From positions 892-64,891 of the forward strand of contig CADBQN010000006.1 in NCBI GenBank assembly GCA_902796855.1: a stretch of DNA of 64,000 nucleotides. The letters run 5' to 3'. The number at the start of each line of letters is the position of its first letter. Positions within the stretch are counted from its first letter, which is position 1. The notes below the pieces were generated by a model, which saw only the letters and a list, made by a program, of their open reading frames with translations, had not been told where the DNA came from and did no database searches. A program made the position numbers and the translations under genes. Below are positions 28,999 to 38,441 of the stretch, piece by piece. Source of the stretch: an uncultured Bacillota bacterium (GTDB lineage: Bacteria; Bacillota; Dehalobacteriia; UBA7702).

Positions 28999-30396
28999 AT
29001 GTCAGAAATCAAAGAAGCCTGCGGCGTCATCGGGATCTTTAACACCAGCGGTCTGAACCTGCCGAAAGAAATGTACTACGGCCTTTTCGCCCTGCAGCAC
29101 CGCGGTCAGGAAAGCTGCGGCATGGCCGTGAGCCGCGGCGGGGAAGTGATTTCCCACAAGGATATGGGCCTCGTCAGCGAGGTCTTCAACGACGGCAAAA
29201 TCGCCGAGCTCCAGGGGGAAATCGGCATCGGTCACTGCCGCTACTCCACCACCGGCGACAGTGAGTCCGTCAACGCCCAGCCCCTGACGACGAATTTTGT
29301 CAAAGGCACCCTGGCCATCGCCCACAACGGCAACCTGGCCAACGCCGACGAGATCCGCCGCGGCCTCATGGAGGAACAGGGCGCGATCTTCCACACCAAC
29401 ACCGACTCGGAAATTTTCGCCTATCTCATCGCCAAAAAGGAAGCCGAGACCCATCTGCTGGAAAAAGCCATCCGTCAGGCGACGGAACTGGTCTCCGGCG
29501 CTTACGCCCTCCTCGTGATGAGCCCCCGAAAGCTGGTGGGCATCCGCGATCCCCTCGGTCTCAGACCTCTCTGCCTCGGGGAAAAGAACGGCTCCTACAT
29601 CCTCGCCTCGGAAAGCTGCGCCGTGGAAGCCATCGGCGGCACCTTCATCCGCGACATTGAGCCCGGCGAGATCATCGTCATCGACAAAGACGGCTGTACC
29701 TCCCTGAAAGCCGAAAAGCTCCCGGAAAAACAGCGTCCCTGCATTTTTGAGTATATCTATTTCGCCCGTCCCGACAGTTACATCGACGGTCAGAGCATCT
29801 ACGAGGCGCGCCACCTCGCCGGCCGCATCCTCGCCGAGCGCTACCCCGTGGAAGCCGACATCGTCATGCCCGTCCCGGACAGCGGCATCGACGCCGCCAT
29901 CGGCTACGCCGAAGGCAGCGGCATCCCCTACGGCGTAGGGCTCATCAAGAACCGCTACATCGGCCGGACGTTCATCCAGCCCGACCAGGTGCAGCGGGAG
30001 GAAGCCACCCGCATCAAGCTGAACGTGCTGAAACACACCGTCGTCGGCAAGCGCGTCGTCCTCGTCGACGACAGCATGGTCCGCGGCACCGTCAGCCGGG
30101 GCATCGTCAGCATGCTGAAAAAAGCCGGCGCGAAGGAAGTCCATATGCGCATCAGCGCGCCGCCCTTTACCTGGCCCTGCTTTTTCGGCGTCGACCTGCC
30201 GGAAAAGAAACAGCTGGTGGCCTGCAACCACACCATTGAGGAGATCCGTCAGGATCTCAACGTCGATACCCTCGGCTTCTTCCACGTGGAAGACCTGCCC
30301 CGGATCATCCCCAACTGCGCCTTAAACGGCTACTGCGACGCCTGCTTTACCGGGGATTACCCGGTGCCCGTGCCCTTAAAGGACGAGGACCGCTGA
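28999..30396 (+). CDS. purF: Amidophosphoribosyltransferase
   Basis: N-terminal 'CGVIGI' Ntn nucleophile, 'LQHRGQESCGMA', PRTase motif 'VVLVDDSMVRGT'; C-terminal Cys cluster for Fe-S. Confidence 0.9.
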   Translation: MSEIKEACGVIGIFNTSGLNLPKEMYYGLFALQHRGQESCGMAVSRGGEVISHKDMGLVSEVFNDGKIAELQGEIGIGHCRYSTTGDSESVNAQPLTTNFVKGTLAIAHNGNLANADEIRRGLMEEQGAIFHTNTDSEIFAYLIAKKEAETHLLEKAIRQATELVSGAYALLVMSPRKLVGIRDPLGLRPLCLGEKNGSYILASESCAVEAIGGTFIRDIEPGEIIVIDKDGCTSLKAEKLPEKQRPCIFEYIYFARPDSYIDGQSIYEARHLAGRILAERYPVEADIVMPVPDSGIDAAIGYAEGSGIPYGVGLIKNRYIGRTFIQPDQVQREEATRIKLNVLKHTVVGKRVVLVDDSMVRGTVSRGIVSMLKKAGAKEVHMRISAPPFTWPCFFGVDLPEKKQLVACNHTIEEIRQDLNVDTLGFFHVEDLPRIIPNCALNGYCDACFTGDYPVPVPLKDEDR

Positions 30397-30400
30397 GGCC

Positions 30401-30682
30401 ATGACCGAAAAGAAAGCCGCGCTCCTCGCGCTGCTGGGCCGCCGCCGCGACAAGGAAGCCCTTTGCCTCCTGGAGGAAGACCCCGCCCTCATCGACGAGG
30501 AAGTCATCACCGCCGCGCTGGATCACGGCTGCGTCCGGGTGATCCGCTTTCTGCGGAGCCGCGGGGCCATCACCATGGCGGGCAGAGCGGCCCGGGAGGA
30601 ACGGCGCCTCAGCGAGGCCAACGCGAAGATCGCCGCCTTCGACCGGGAAATGGCCGAGATCGAAAAGCTCTTGGATTTGTAA
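30401..30682 (+). CDS. Small hypothetical protein (coiled-coil C-terminus)
   Basis: 93 aa ORF 5 nt after purF; no recognisable family. Confidence 0.35.
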   Translation: MTEKKAALLALLGRRRDKEALCLLEEDPALIDEEVITAALDHGCVRVIRFLRSRGAITMAGRAAREERRLSEANAKIAAFDREMAEIEKLLDL

Positions 30683-30691
30683 GGAGATCTC

Positions 30692-31192
30692 ATGGAAACA
30701 AAGGACAAGCACAACGCCGCCGTCATCGAAGCGAAAATCCAGCTGACGCCAAAGGATAAGGAACGGGCCATCGACTACAATTACTTTGTCAAGCGCAAGC
30801 TCATTTTGGCCGACGTCGTTTTCTTCCTGCTCCTCGCCGTCGCGCTCATCGCCTTAAAATACACCGGCCTGGCTCCGATCCCCGCCGTTCTCGTCTATTT
30901 ATCCTACGGCGTCATCGTCCTCCTCGTTGTCTTTTTCATGTTCATCAAGATGATGGCCTCCGCCGGCGGCGTCAGCCCGATGCGGTACGTCACCATCAGC
31001 GAGGAAGCGCTGACCACCCGGGTGGCCAACGAGAAAAAGGAATTCACCATTCGCTGGGAGGATTTTCCCCACAAGGCGGCGACGAAGAACTATTTCTTCC
31101 TCTACCCCGACGCCACGCAGTTTTTGATTTTGCCGAAGCGCTGTTTCAGCCCGGAGGAAGTCAAAACGATCACCGGCTATATCAAACGATAA
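30692..31192 (+). CDS. YcxB-like membrane protein
   Basis: 166 aa; two TM helices after ~40 aa; C-terminal 'TIRWEDF...FLYP...FLILPKRCF' resembles YcxB family. Confidence 0.5.
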   Translation: METKDKHNAAVIEAKIQLTPKDKERAIDYNYFVKRKLILADVVFFLLLAVALIALKYTGLAPIPAVLVYLSYGVIVLLVVFFMFIKMMASAGGVSPMRYVTISEEALTTRVANEKKEFTIRWEDFPHKAATKNYFFLYPDATQFLILPKRCFSPEEVKTITGYIKR

Positions 31193-31197
31193 AGAGC

Positions 31198-31232
31198 AAA
31201 ACCACCGGCTGAGCCGGTGGTTTCTGTTTTAT
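31198..31232. terminator. Bidirectional terminator hairpin AAACCACCGGCtgaGCCGGTGGTTT (copy 1 of a repeated element)
   Basis: Perfect 10-bp stem, 3-nt loop, flanked by A-run/T-run between convergent YcxB and SASP genes. Confidence 0.6.
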
Positions 31233-31238
31233 CTCATT

Positions 31239-31448
31239 TTATTCCGTTTTCGCCTTTTCGGCGGCGTCCCGCCTCTTTTTCATCAGCAGGCCGCCGACTC
31301 TCCCCGTCTCTTTGGCGCTGAGACCGGCCCAGCCGACGTCCCGCACTTTATCGAGGAGGCCTAATTCCTCGGCGATTTCCAGTTTCATCCGCTCCATCTC
31401 CGGGGGCGTTTTTTTCATTTTGCTTTTGCGCGATCGGGCGATTGGCAT
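31239..31448 (-). CDS. Alpha/beta-type small acid-soluble spore protein (SASP)
   Basis: 'KLEIAEELGL...GWAGLSAKETGRVGGLLMKK' matches SspA-family core; start ATG 31448 with GGAGGTG RBS (track ORF extended upstream through junk). Confidence 0.7.
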   Translation of the reverse strand: MPIARSRKSKMKKTPPEMERMKLEIAEELGLLDKVRDVGWAGLSAKETGRVGGLLMKKRRDAAEKAKTE

Positions 31449-31519
31449 CGCTTCACCTCCGTTCATCGGCCTGTTTCCTATTTTCCCCGGGAAATTCAAA
31501 ATAATACCGATCAAAAGCA

Positions 31520-31548
31520 TTGACTTTTTTGCCGTCTTTCTATACAAT
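31520..31548 (+). promoter_or_regulatory. Sigma-A promoter for tyrS (TTGACT-17-TACAAT)
   Basis: ttgact tttttgccgtctttcta tacaat, ~75 nt upstream of tyrS ATG. Confidence 0.55.
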
Positions 31549-31626
31549 TATAAAGATAGAAAAAGCACTGAGACGGCGCTGTTTTTGCCCGGCAAACCAT
31601 GAAAAAGCTTTTGAGGTGACAATCGT

Positions 31627-32850
31627 ATGAGTGTTTTTGACACGTTATCCGAACGCGGCTACATCGAGCAATGTACCCACGAAGATGAAATCCGTGAGCT
31701 TCTCGAAAAGGAGAAAGTCTCGTTCTATATCGGCTTTGACCCCACCGCCGACAGTCTCCACGTCGGCCATTTCATCCAGATCATCGTCATGATGCATATG
31801 CAGCGGGCGGGGCACCGTCCCATCGCCCTGCTGGGCGGCGGCACCGGCATGATCGGCGACCCCTCGGGCCGCAGCGACCTTCGGCAGATGATGACGGTGG
31901 AGACCATCGACCACAACGTCGCCTGCTTCCGTCAGCAGATGGGGCGCTTCCTCGATTTTGGCGAAGGCAAAGCCCTCGTCGTCAACAACGCCGATTGGCT
32001 CCGCGACCTGAAATACGTCGATTTCCTCAGGGAAGTGGGGGCGATGTTCTCGGTAAACCGCATGCTCACCGCCGACTGCTACAAGAGCCGCTTTGAAAAG
32101 GGGCTGACCTTCCTTGAGTTCAACTACATGCTGATGCAGAGCTACGACTTTTTGGAGCTCTACCGCAAATATAACTGCAAGCTCCAGCTCGGCGGCAATG
32201 ACCAATGGAGCAACATTTTAAGCGGCGTCGACCTTGTCCGCCGTCTCGACCGCGGCCAGGCTTTGGGCATGACCTTTAAGCTGCTCACCACCTCCGAAGG
32301 GAAGAAGATGGGCAAGACCGCCAAAGGCGCCCTCTGGATCGACGAAACGAAGACGACGCCCTATGAGTTCTACCACTACTGGCGCAACGTCGACGACGCC
32401 GACGTGGAAAACTGCCTGGCGCTTTTGACCTTCCTTCCCATGGACGAAGTGCGCAAGCTCGGCGGTTACAAAGACAGCAAGATCAACGAGGCCAAGGAAG
32501 TGCTGGCCTTTGAGGTGACAAAACTCGTCCACGGCGAGGAAAAAGCCATCAAAGCCAGAGACGCCGAACGCGCCCTCTTCGCCAAAGGCGGCGAAGGCGG
32601 CGACGTCCCCACCCTCGACATGAAGGCCGCCGATTTCAGCGACGGCGTCAATATCCTCGATCTCTATCTCCAAGCCGGCCTCATCCCCTCCAAGGGCGAA
32701 GGCCGCCGCTTGATGAAGCAGGGCGGCATCAAGATCAAAGGTAAGGGCGAAAGCGATTTTAACCGCCTCATCACCTTAGATGACTTTGAAGACGGTCAGC
32801 TCCTGCTGCAAAAGGGCAAAAAGACCTTTAAGCGGATACGGATCGACTGA
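31627..32850 (+). CDS. tyrS: Tyrosine--tRNA ligase
   Basis: Class I HIGH motif 'ADSLHVGHF', KMSKS-equivalent 'KKMGKT', C-terminal S4 domain. Confidence 0.92.
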   Translation: MSVFDTLSERGYIEQCTHEDEIRELLEKEKVSFYIGFDPTADSLHVGHFIQIIVMMHMQRAGHRPIALLGGGTGMIGDPSGRSDLRQMMTVETIDHNVACFRQQMGRFLDFGEGKALVVNNADWLRDLKYVDFLREVGAMFSVNRMLTADCYKSRFEKGLTFLEFNYMLMQSYDFLELYRKYNCKLQLGGNDQWSNILSGVDLVRRLDRGQALGMTFKLLTTSEGKKMGKTAKGALWIDETKTTPYEFYHYWRNVDDADVENCLALLTFLPMDEVRKLGGYKDSKINEAKEVLAFEVTKLVHGEEKAIKARDAERALFAKGGEGGDVPTLDMKAADFSDGVNILDLYLQAGLIPSKGEGRRLMKQGGIKIKGKGESDFNRLITLDDFEDGQLLLQKGKKTFKRIRID

Positions 32851-32852
32851 CC

Positions 32853-33134
32853 ATGGAAGATTACGTAAGAGACATCGAAGACCGCCTGGACGACCTGATG
32901 AGCGGCGACGACGCCCCCCGGGACGTCATCTCCCTTGCCCAGGAGCTGCGGATGGAATATCCCGAAGAGTTCAAGCGGTTCACGTCAAATATGGCAAGAA
33001 AATACGAGCTCAGCGTCTGCGGCGCCCACCATGTCCACATCAACGGGCTGCTGACGATTCTGGATCGCTGGGCCGACGAAGGGAAAGTGCGCAAAGTCAT
33101 TGAAAAGGGCTCCATCCTCTGGCAGAAGAACTGA
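32853..33134 (+). CDS. Small hypothetical protein
   Basis: 93 aa ORF starting 3 nt after tyrS stop; acidic. Confidence 0.35.
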   Translation: MEDYVRDIEDRLDDLMSGDDAPRDVISLAQELRMEYPEEFKRFTSNMARKYELSVCGAHHVHINGLLTILDRWADEGKVRKVIEKGSILWQKN

Positions 33135-33167
33135 GGGAGCGAAACGAGGGGAAAGCGAGGCGCGGCC

Positions 33168-33761
33168 ATGAAAAGAGCTCACGGCGGCTGTTTCCGGCGG
33201 GTGCTGGATATCCTGATCGTGTCAGGCGTCATTTCGGCGCTGCTCCTCGGCTATATGGGGCTGAAAAAGGCCGACGAGGCCGAAGCGAGCCGCACCCCCG
33301 TGGCGGAGCTGGGCGCCGTTTACGCCGGCGAGACCGCCGCTTCCTGGGACGCGCTCCTGCTTGATACAGTGATGAAGGAATTCATCGGCGACAGCGCTGT
33401 TCTGAACCGTCTGCGCTCCCTTTTGGGCGACGACTCCGCCGCGGCGCTGATCACCGAATCCTATTATCTCCCCGCCGACGGCGACGTTTCCACGGCCATC
33501 GGCCGCCGCGTTCTCGTCCACCGGCTGAAAAAGGCCTATTCCGAACAGGAGCTTTTCGCCATCTACTGCGGCATCATGGGCTACGACGCCGCCGACGAAG
33601 AGAGTCTCCTCTCCCTCATCGAGGGGATCGGCCTCAGCGGCGCCGCTCCGGAAGACCTGACCGCCAGCGACGTCCTGCGGGACATCCTGAACTATCTGAA
33701 CGAACAAGACCTGCTCTCCGACGACTACACGGAGAAGCTGAACGCCTATTTTGCCCCCTGA
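33168..33761 (+). CDS. Hypothetical membrane-anchored protein
   Basis: N-terminal TM (ILIVSGVISALLLGYMGL); high-GC codon usage like flanks. Confidence 0.4.
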   Translation: MKRAHGGCFRRVLDILIVSGVISALLLGYMGLKKADEAEASRTPVAELGAVYAGETAASWDALLLDTVMKEFIGDSAVLNRLRSLLGDDSAAALITESYYLPADGDVSTAIGRRVLVHRLKKAYSEQELFAIYCGIMGYDAADEESLLSLIEGIGLSGAAPEDLTASDVLRDILNYLNEQDLLSDDYTEKLNAYFAP

Positions 33762-33952
33762 GGGCGAACGGTGTGAAAAAAAGCATATCCCACCCCGGAG
33801 GCCGCGCGCGGCGGGGCCCGGGCGGTACCTCATGCGAACGGCAGATCTCTTGACGCCGATCTGATTCGGAGAAACCCCAATTTCGTCGAGAGATAGCATG
33901 AGGACTACCGTCCGGATTGCGCCGCGCGGGCACCCGCGTTGAAGATAAAGAA

Positions 33953-33986
33953 ATCCACTCAGCCGAAAAGCCGAGTGGATTTTTTG
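33953..33986. terminator. Hairpin plus T-tract at left edge of low-GC island
   Basis: atccactc-agccgaaaagcc-gagtggat followed by tttttt. Confidence 0.5.
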
Positions 33987-34042
33987 ACTTTAAAGAACTG
34001 CCCCTTTGAAACTAACTCTTTATTCCGGGACGCGTCCCCTTT

Positions 34043-34265
34043 GGCGTGCCGTCGGAACCGCCTTTGGTGGTTTCATTGGTTTTTGGTGTGCTATCGGAAC
34101 CGTCCTCATCGGTTTCATCGGTTTTCGGCGTGCCAGCGGAACCGTCTTTGGTGGTTTCATTGGTTTTTGGCGTGCCATCGGAACCGTCTCCATTGGTTTC
34201 ATCGGTTTTTGGCGTGCCATCGGGATCGTCCCTGTTGGTTTGCTGTTGGTTTTCCCCGTTGGTTT
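34043..34265. repeat. Tandem array of five 42-bp repeats (GGCGTGCCATCGGAACCGTCTTTGGTGGTTTCATTGGTTTTT consensus), preceded by a GGGACGCGTCCC palindrome
   Basis: Units at 34043, 34085, 34127, 34169, 34211, last one 44 bp and degenerating; open in 4 of 6 frames; minus frame would read a KPMKP-rich 14-aa repeat from a TTG start. Confidence 0.8.
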
Positions 34266-34319
34266 AAGGGAATGTATCAAATAGTTAGCAAAAAGAGCTC
34301 TGAGGGTTCCACAAATAGG

Positions 34320-35477
34320 CTATATACTTTTCTTCCATTCTTTGTATAATTCGGCACATTTGGCAACACAAAAAGCTGAAAACAATAAACCACCGCCATT
34401 TCGTTTGTTATCTTTTTCAATCTGAACTTTGTACTGAGCTTTGATATCATTATCAGAGAAATCATCAAAATGTATTTTGAGATATTTGTCAAAATCATCC
34501 TTTTCCTGTGCGTCTTTAAAAATGAGAAGCTGATTGAAATTATTCTCACGACTGGAAATATCAAGTGACCCATGAGTAAAAAGCCGCAATAGTTTCCCCT
34601 CTATGGAATCCAACAAATAGCATGAATACCAAAAATCGTCTCTACCGGCTACAGCACAGGTTTTCGCTTTGGGAAGGTATTTTCGAAACCCATCAAAACA
34701 CCAAAGTTCCGTTTCATAAATAATTGTGTTATGAAACATGATGTTTAGTGGAGCAAGATGCATCTCCGGATCTGTATAAAATGCTGCGGGTGCCAACCAA
34801 TCAGGTTTCATTTTCCCGAATTGTTTTATTTGATACTCCGGAAAATCGGTATGGTAAGAGTAATTCTTATTACCCCAATCCATTTCCCAATTATCAATAT
34901 CATCCAATAATATCATTAACCGTTCTTTAGGAGGTCGATCAATACCGAAACGCTTTCGCCATAAATACTCTACATCATTCATATCAGCGTTTCCATCGAT
35001 TGCAGTGTTATTATCAACCACTCTCGTATAGATTCGATACGGAAGAACTGTTTTTCCAATCTTTTTACCGTCCGAAGATGTAATATTCCCATCTTGATAC
35101 GATTTTTCCAAATAATACGGAACATCAGATGTATTTTTTACAATAAGCACATCGATTTCATGATTTTCTATGGTAATTGTCCTCATTTCAATACGGGGTC
35201 TAACGCTTCCGGCATAGTGAATATTCCTTAAAATATTTACAACACGCTGTTGATCTCGCCTATTTGCATCGTTTTCCACGCCGAGGATTTCAAAGGTCTG
35301 ATCTCCAATACCAAAAATAATATATGCATCACGATCTGCCCGCGAATTTGCCATACAGGTTATATCATGAACAAGATCACCTTTATCATGATGATGCTCT
35401 CTTTTGAAATCCCACCAATCATCTTCACGTTGAGACTGTATCAGTTCTTCAATTACGGATGTTAAATCTTTTTCCAC
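34320..35477 (-). CDS. Schlafen/AlbA_2 (PF04326) domain protein with uncharacterised C-terminal domain, likely defence-associated
   Basis: N-terminus 'EELIQSQREDDWWDFKREHHHDKGDLVHDITCMANSRADRDAYIIFGIGD' fits AlbA_2 core; AT-rich codon usage; last gene of island operon. Confidence 0.55.
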   Translation of the reverse strand: MEKDLTSVIEELIQSQREDDWWDFKREHHHDKGDLVHDITCMANSRADRDAYIIFGIGDQTFEILGVENDANRRDQQRVVNILRNIHYAGSVRPRIEMRTITIENHEIDVLIVKNTSDVPYYLEKSYQDGNITSSDGKKIGKTVLPYRIYTRVVDNNTAIDGNADMNDVEYLWRKRFGIDRPPKERLMILLDDIDNWEMDWGNKNYSYHTDFPEYQIKQFGKMKPDWLAPAAFYTDPEMHLAPLNIMFHNTIIYETELWCFDGFRKYLPKAKTCAVAGRDDFWYSCYLLDSIEGKLLRLFTHGSLDISSRENNFNQLLIFKDAQEKDDFDKYLKIHFDDFSDNDIKAQYKVQIEKDNKRNGGGLLFSAFCVAKCAELYKEWKKSI

Positions 35478-35536
35478 AAAGATACCTCCTGACTATTATA
35501 AACAGGGATATTTCCAAACAAAGCCGTCCCTTTTAA

Positions 35537-38437
35537 TCAAAAGCTAAGGATATTGTTTAAAATAACAAGGTTAAAAATAAACTGTTTTTCCCCTTCTTTG
35601 AACTTCACATTAATATAACCCTTGTCAGTATCTTTTTTTGTAATCGTACCTTCGCCGAATTTTTTATGAGTTACCTTCATTCCGATTTTCATATCATCAA
35701 AAATTACTTCGGCATGATTTGTTTCGGCTTCGCTTGCTTTTTCAGTCTTTTCAGCAGTACCCTTTTTGCTGACCGTCTTATGTTGGCTTCGTATATCGGA
35801 ATCAGCTTCCACTGTTTTTTCTAAAGGCTTCGTCTCTTCTTCACGAAAAACCGGTTCAGACAGATCCATATCATTTTCCATTGTTGCCTGCTGATTGTAA
35901 AAAAGCTGCTGGTATTCTTCTTTTTTGATAACCGTGTCCCAACCGCCGACATCTTTTCCTTCGTGTTTATCTATACCTGTGTAAGAAAGACTGCTGTCCT
36001 CATACCGCTTAAATTTAAAAATAGCGTCATTCATCAAGCTCGCGTTGAACACTCCCAAAGCGCAGAGCAACTCAAAATCCTTTACGTCAAGACCGGTAAC
36101 TTTTTTGAAAAGTCCGGGTTCAAGCTGGGTAATTACATCTTTCAGGGTGCGCTCACGGTAATCCGTCAGATACATGAAAACCGGAATACGCGTGGCAAAT
36201 TTGATGAGCTTTTCCTGAATCTGCTTCCGCATGGATTTATATTCTTTTTCCTCTGCCGTAAGCTCTTTCTTTTCTTTCTTGGAAAGCTTATCTTCTCCCT
36301 CTTTCTTGGCTTTTTTAACCTTCTCCGATTTATTGATAATGGTCTCAATATCGCTGTTTAAGGAGCGGAACCCCTCAATATGCATCAGGGCGTTCAGCGC
36401 TTCTTCACTTGCCAGCAACCGGGAAAGCGTTTCATTATCTACATTCACCAGCAACGCGGACTCCCAGCGGCGCGCAAGCAAAGTAGCGGAAGTACCGGCA
36501 AGAGCAATATCAAGAACATCCTGCGCGGAAATCTGTTTCATGGTTGAACCGTCATAGGCCAGCACAGGCAGGAAGCTTATAAACTCCGCGACTTTCTTTT
36601 CAGGATTATCTTCATTGACGTTCAGGCGGCAGGAATAATCGGAAATCTGACGAAGCGCACGGTCAAGAGCAAAATCAAAAACATAGCATTCCTGCTTCAT
36701 TATCTGTTCTTTTCCCGCGTCGTCCTTTATTGTCCATGGCGACTGCACACGAAAAGCCGTTTGAAAATACGTTTCGGGGCTTTTCAGATTCCGCAGCATA
36801 AACACGCCTGTCCACGGTTTTATCGTGACGCCCGTTGTGAGTTTGCCGCAGGAAAGGGTAATTGTTTTTGTGGCAAGCGGATTATCCATCGCGTTTTGAA
36901 CAGGGCGCAAAGCATCAAGACCGATACCAGCCTGAGAACCGGCGCAGACAACAACTTTATAATCTCTGAAATAGTTATCCTGCATCAGAAGATTATTCAT
37001 TGCATAGCAGGCCGCGACATTCGGCAGAAACCAAAGCGTATGATTCAGCACCGCCAAAAGCCGGGCATCAGAAAAGGGCATCGGCGGTCGTTTATCCTGT
37101 CCCAGTTTCAAATCATCCACACTGGAAGGAAGATATGACCCGCGGATAAGCTGAAGCCATTTATAGACCTCGTTTTCATAAACGAATTTAGCATTTTCAA
37201 CGGTATCACCTTCCTGCACTTTCGCGGAGAAAAAAACATTCAGGTCAAATTCGTTAAATTCCCCGTTCAGTGCAATCTGGCGAATACTGTCCGGAATTTG
37301 ATAGGTGAGCATCACCATTCGAGGCAGAGCGAGATAGGGATTATCCGAACCTTTCCAGTTCTCTTTTGCTCTTTGCTCGTCTGAATAAGTCCAGTTATAA
37401 ATCTGATCTTCTATAAATTCACCGCTGTTAAGGGCGCGGAACGGAGTTCCGGACAGGAATAAATAATACTGCGTGGTAATGGGCAAAAATGTTTCGTTAT
37501 AGGCGTTATCCGCCTCATCCTTTTTATATTTTTCCTGGTCAAAGTCGGCCTCTGCCTCTTCATCGGGATTTTCAAAAAGCTTTTTTGCGTTTTCTCTCCA
37601 CGCTCCGAAATGGTACTCGTCAAAAACAACCAAATCCCAGTTGGCCGAGTGAATAAACTCATTCTTGGACTTGATGCCGCCGTTTTCATTCGTGCCCAAC
37701 AGGTCTTGAAACGAACCAAAGACAACAATCGGTCTGCTTTTATCCGCGTTGTCAAAGGCCTGATCGATATTGATATTCTGACCGTGCGCGTCTTTGTTTG
37801 ACACAAACTGCCATCCCTCAAAATCGGTATGGCCCGCCAAATCCTCCGCCCACGCGGATTCCACCGCCGGTTTAAAGGTAAGAACAAGAACTCTCTTTAA
37901 CCCCATCTTTTTTGCCAGCTCATAGGTGGCAAAGGTCTTGCCGAAACGCATTTTGCAGTTCCAGAGGAATTTCGGCGCGCGGGTGGGCTCGGCCTCCTCA
38001 GCCTGTTTAAAATAGCTCATCGCACGCTGAACGGCCTCTGCCTGTTCCGGACGCATTTGAAAAGACAGGGTTCTGTTTTCCGTGTTTTCCGTATTGTCCC
38101 GCACCGCAACAATCGCGGCTTTTACCGCGTCTAAATCACATTGGTACCATTCGTTTCGATCCGCTCCGGCGTTCAGCTGACGATACCCGCGCCGACGAAG
38201 GGCCGCATGAATGTCATGGTCAGTAAAACAGCTCCCATCAGGGCGCACAGCGGGTTCGGTCAGCACGATTTTATACGGTACAGCGGAAGTGTGCATCTGT
38301 TCTGCAACACGGGTCTCAGCGTCACGTTCGGTATATCCGATTTTCAGATAGCCCTTGTGGGACGCAACGCCGATAAGCTCATACGCATATATGGTTGGCG
38401 TTACTTCTGGACGAGGGGCGAAAAAATCAATAGCCAT
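35537..38437 (-). CDS. Fusion protein: N-terminal T5orf172 (GIY-YIG-superfamily) domain + SNF2-like SF2 helicase/ATPase + coiled-coil + C-terminal Tudor-like domain; putative restriction/effector subunit
   Basis: 'TIYAYELIGVASHKGYLKIGYTERDAETRVAEQ' = T5orf172; 'KMRFGKTFATYELA' (motif I), 'WDLVVFDEYHFGA' (motif II), 'LFLSGTPFRA' (SNF2 motif III); C-terminus 'MKVTHKKFGEGTITKK...INVKFKEGEKQF' like the UvrD/PcrA C-terminal Tudor. Confidence 0.65.
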   Translation of the reverse strand: MAIDFFAPRPEVTPTIYAYELIGVASHKGYLKIGYTERDAETRVAEQMHTSAVPYKIVLTEPAVRPDGSCFTDHDIHAALRRRGYRQLNAGADRNEWYQCDLDAVKAAIVAVRDNTENTENRTLSFQMRPEQAEAVQRAMSYFKQAEEAEPTRAPKFLWNCKMRFGKTFATYELAKKMGLKRVLVLTFKPAVESAWAEDLAGHTDFEGWQFVSNKDAHGQNINIDQAFDNADKSRPIVVFGSFQDLLGTNENGGIKSKNEFIHSANWDLVVFDEYHFGAWRENAKKLFENPDEEAEADFDQEKYKKDEADNAYNETFLPITTQYYLFLSGTPFRALNSGEFIEDQIYNWTYSDEQRAKENWKGSDNPYLALPRMVMLTYQIPDSIRQIALNGEFNEFDLNVFFSAKVQEGDTVENAKFVYENEVYKWLQLIRGSYLPSSVDDLKLGQDKRPPMPFSDARLLAVLNHTLWFLPNVAACYAMNNLLMQDNYFRDYKVVVCAGSQAGIGLDALRPVQNAMDNPLATKTITLSCGKLTTGVTIKPWTGVFMLRNLKSPETYFQTAFRVQSPWTIKDDAGKEQIMKQECYVFDFALDRALRQISDYSCRLNVNEDNPEKKVAEFISFLPVLAYDGSTMKQISAQDVLDIALAGTSATLLARRWESALLVNVDNETLSRLLASEEALNALMHIEGFRSLNSDIETIINKSEKVKKAKKEGEDKLSKKEKKELTAEEKEYKSMRKQIQEKLIKFATRIPVFMYLTDYRERTLKDVITQLEPGLFKKVTGLDVKDFELLCALGVFNASLMNDAIFKFKRYEDSSLSYTGIDKHEGKDVGGWDTVIKKEEYQQLFYNQQATMENDMDLSEPVFREEETKPLEKTVEADSDIRSQHKTVSKKGTAEKTEKASEAETNHAEVIFDDMKIGMKVTHKKFGEGTITKKDTDKGYINVKFKEGEKQFIFNLVILNNILSF

Positions 38438-38441
38438 ATTA

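Noticed and set aside
31449-31626. Possible T-box leader upstream of tyrS
   Set aside because: The leader is only ~100-180 nt and lacks the conserved T-box sequence (no GGGTGGNACCGCG-like element) or specifier/antiterminator architecture. A plain sigma-A promoter is a better explanation.
34020-34280. 86-aa minus-strand ORF reading KPMKP repeats as a gene
   Set aside because: It begins at a TTG with no RBS. The same region is open in three plus-strand frames as well, as expected for a stop-free tandem repeat. It is kept as a repeat feature, with coding left as a possibility.
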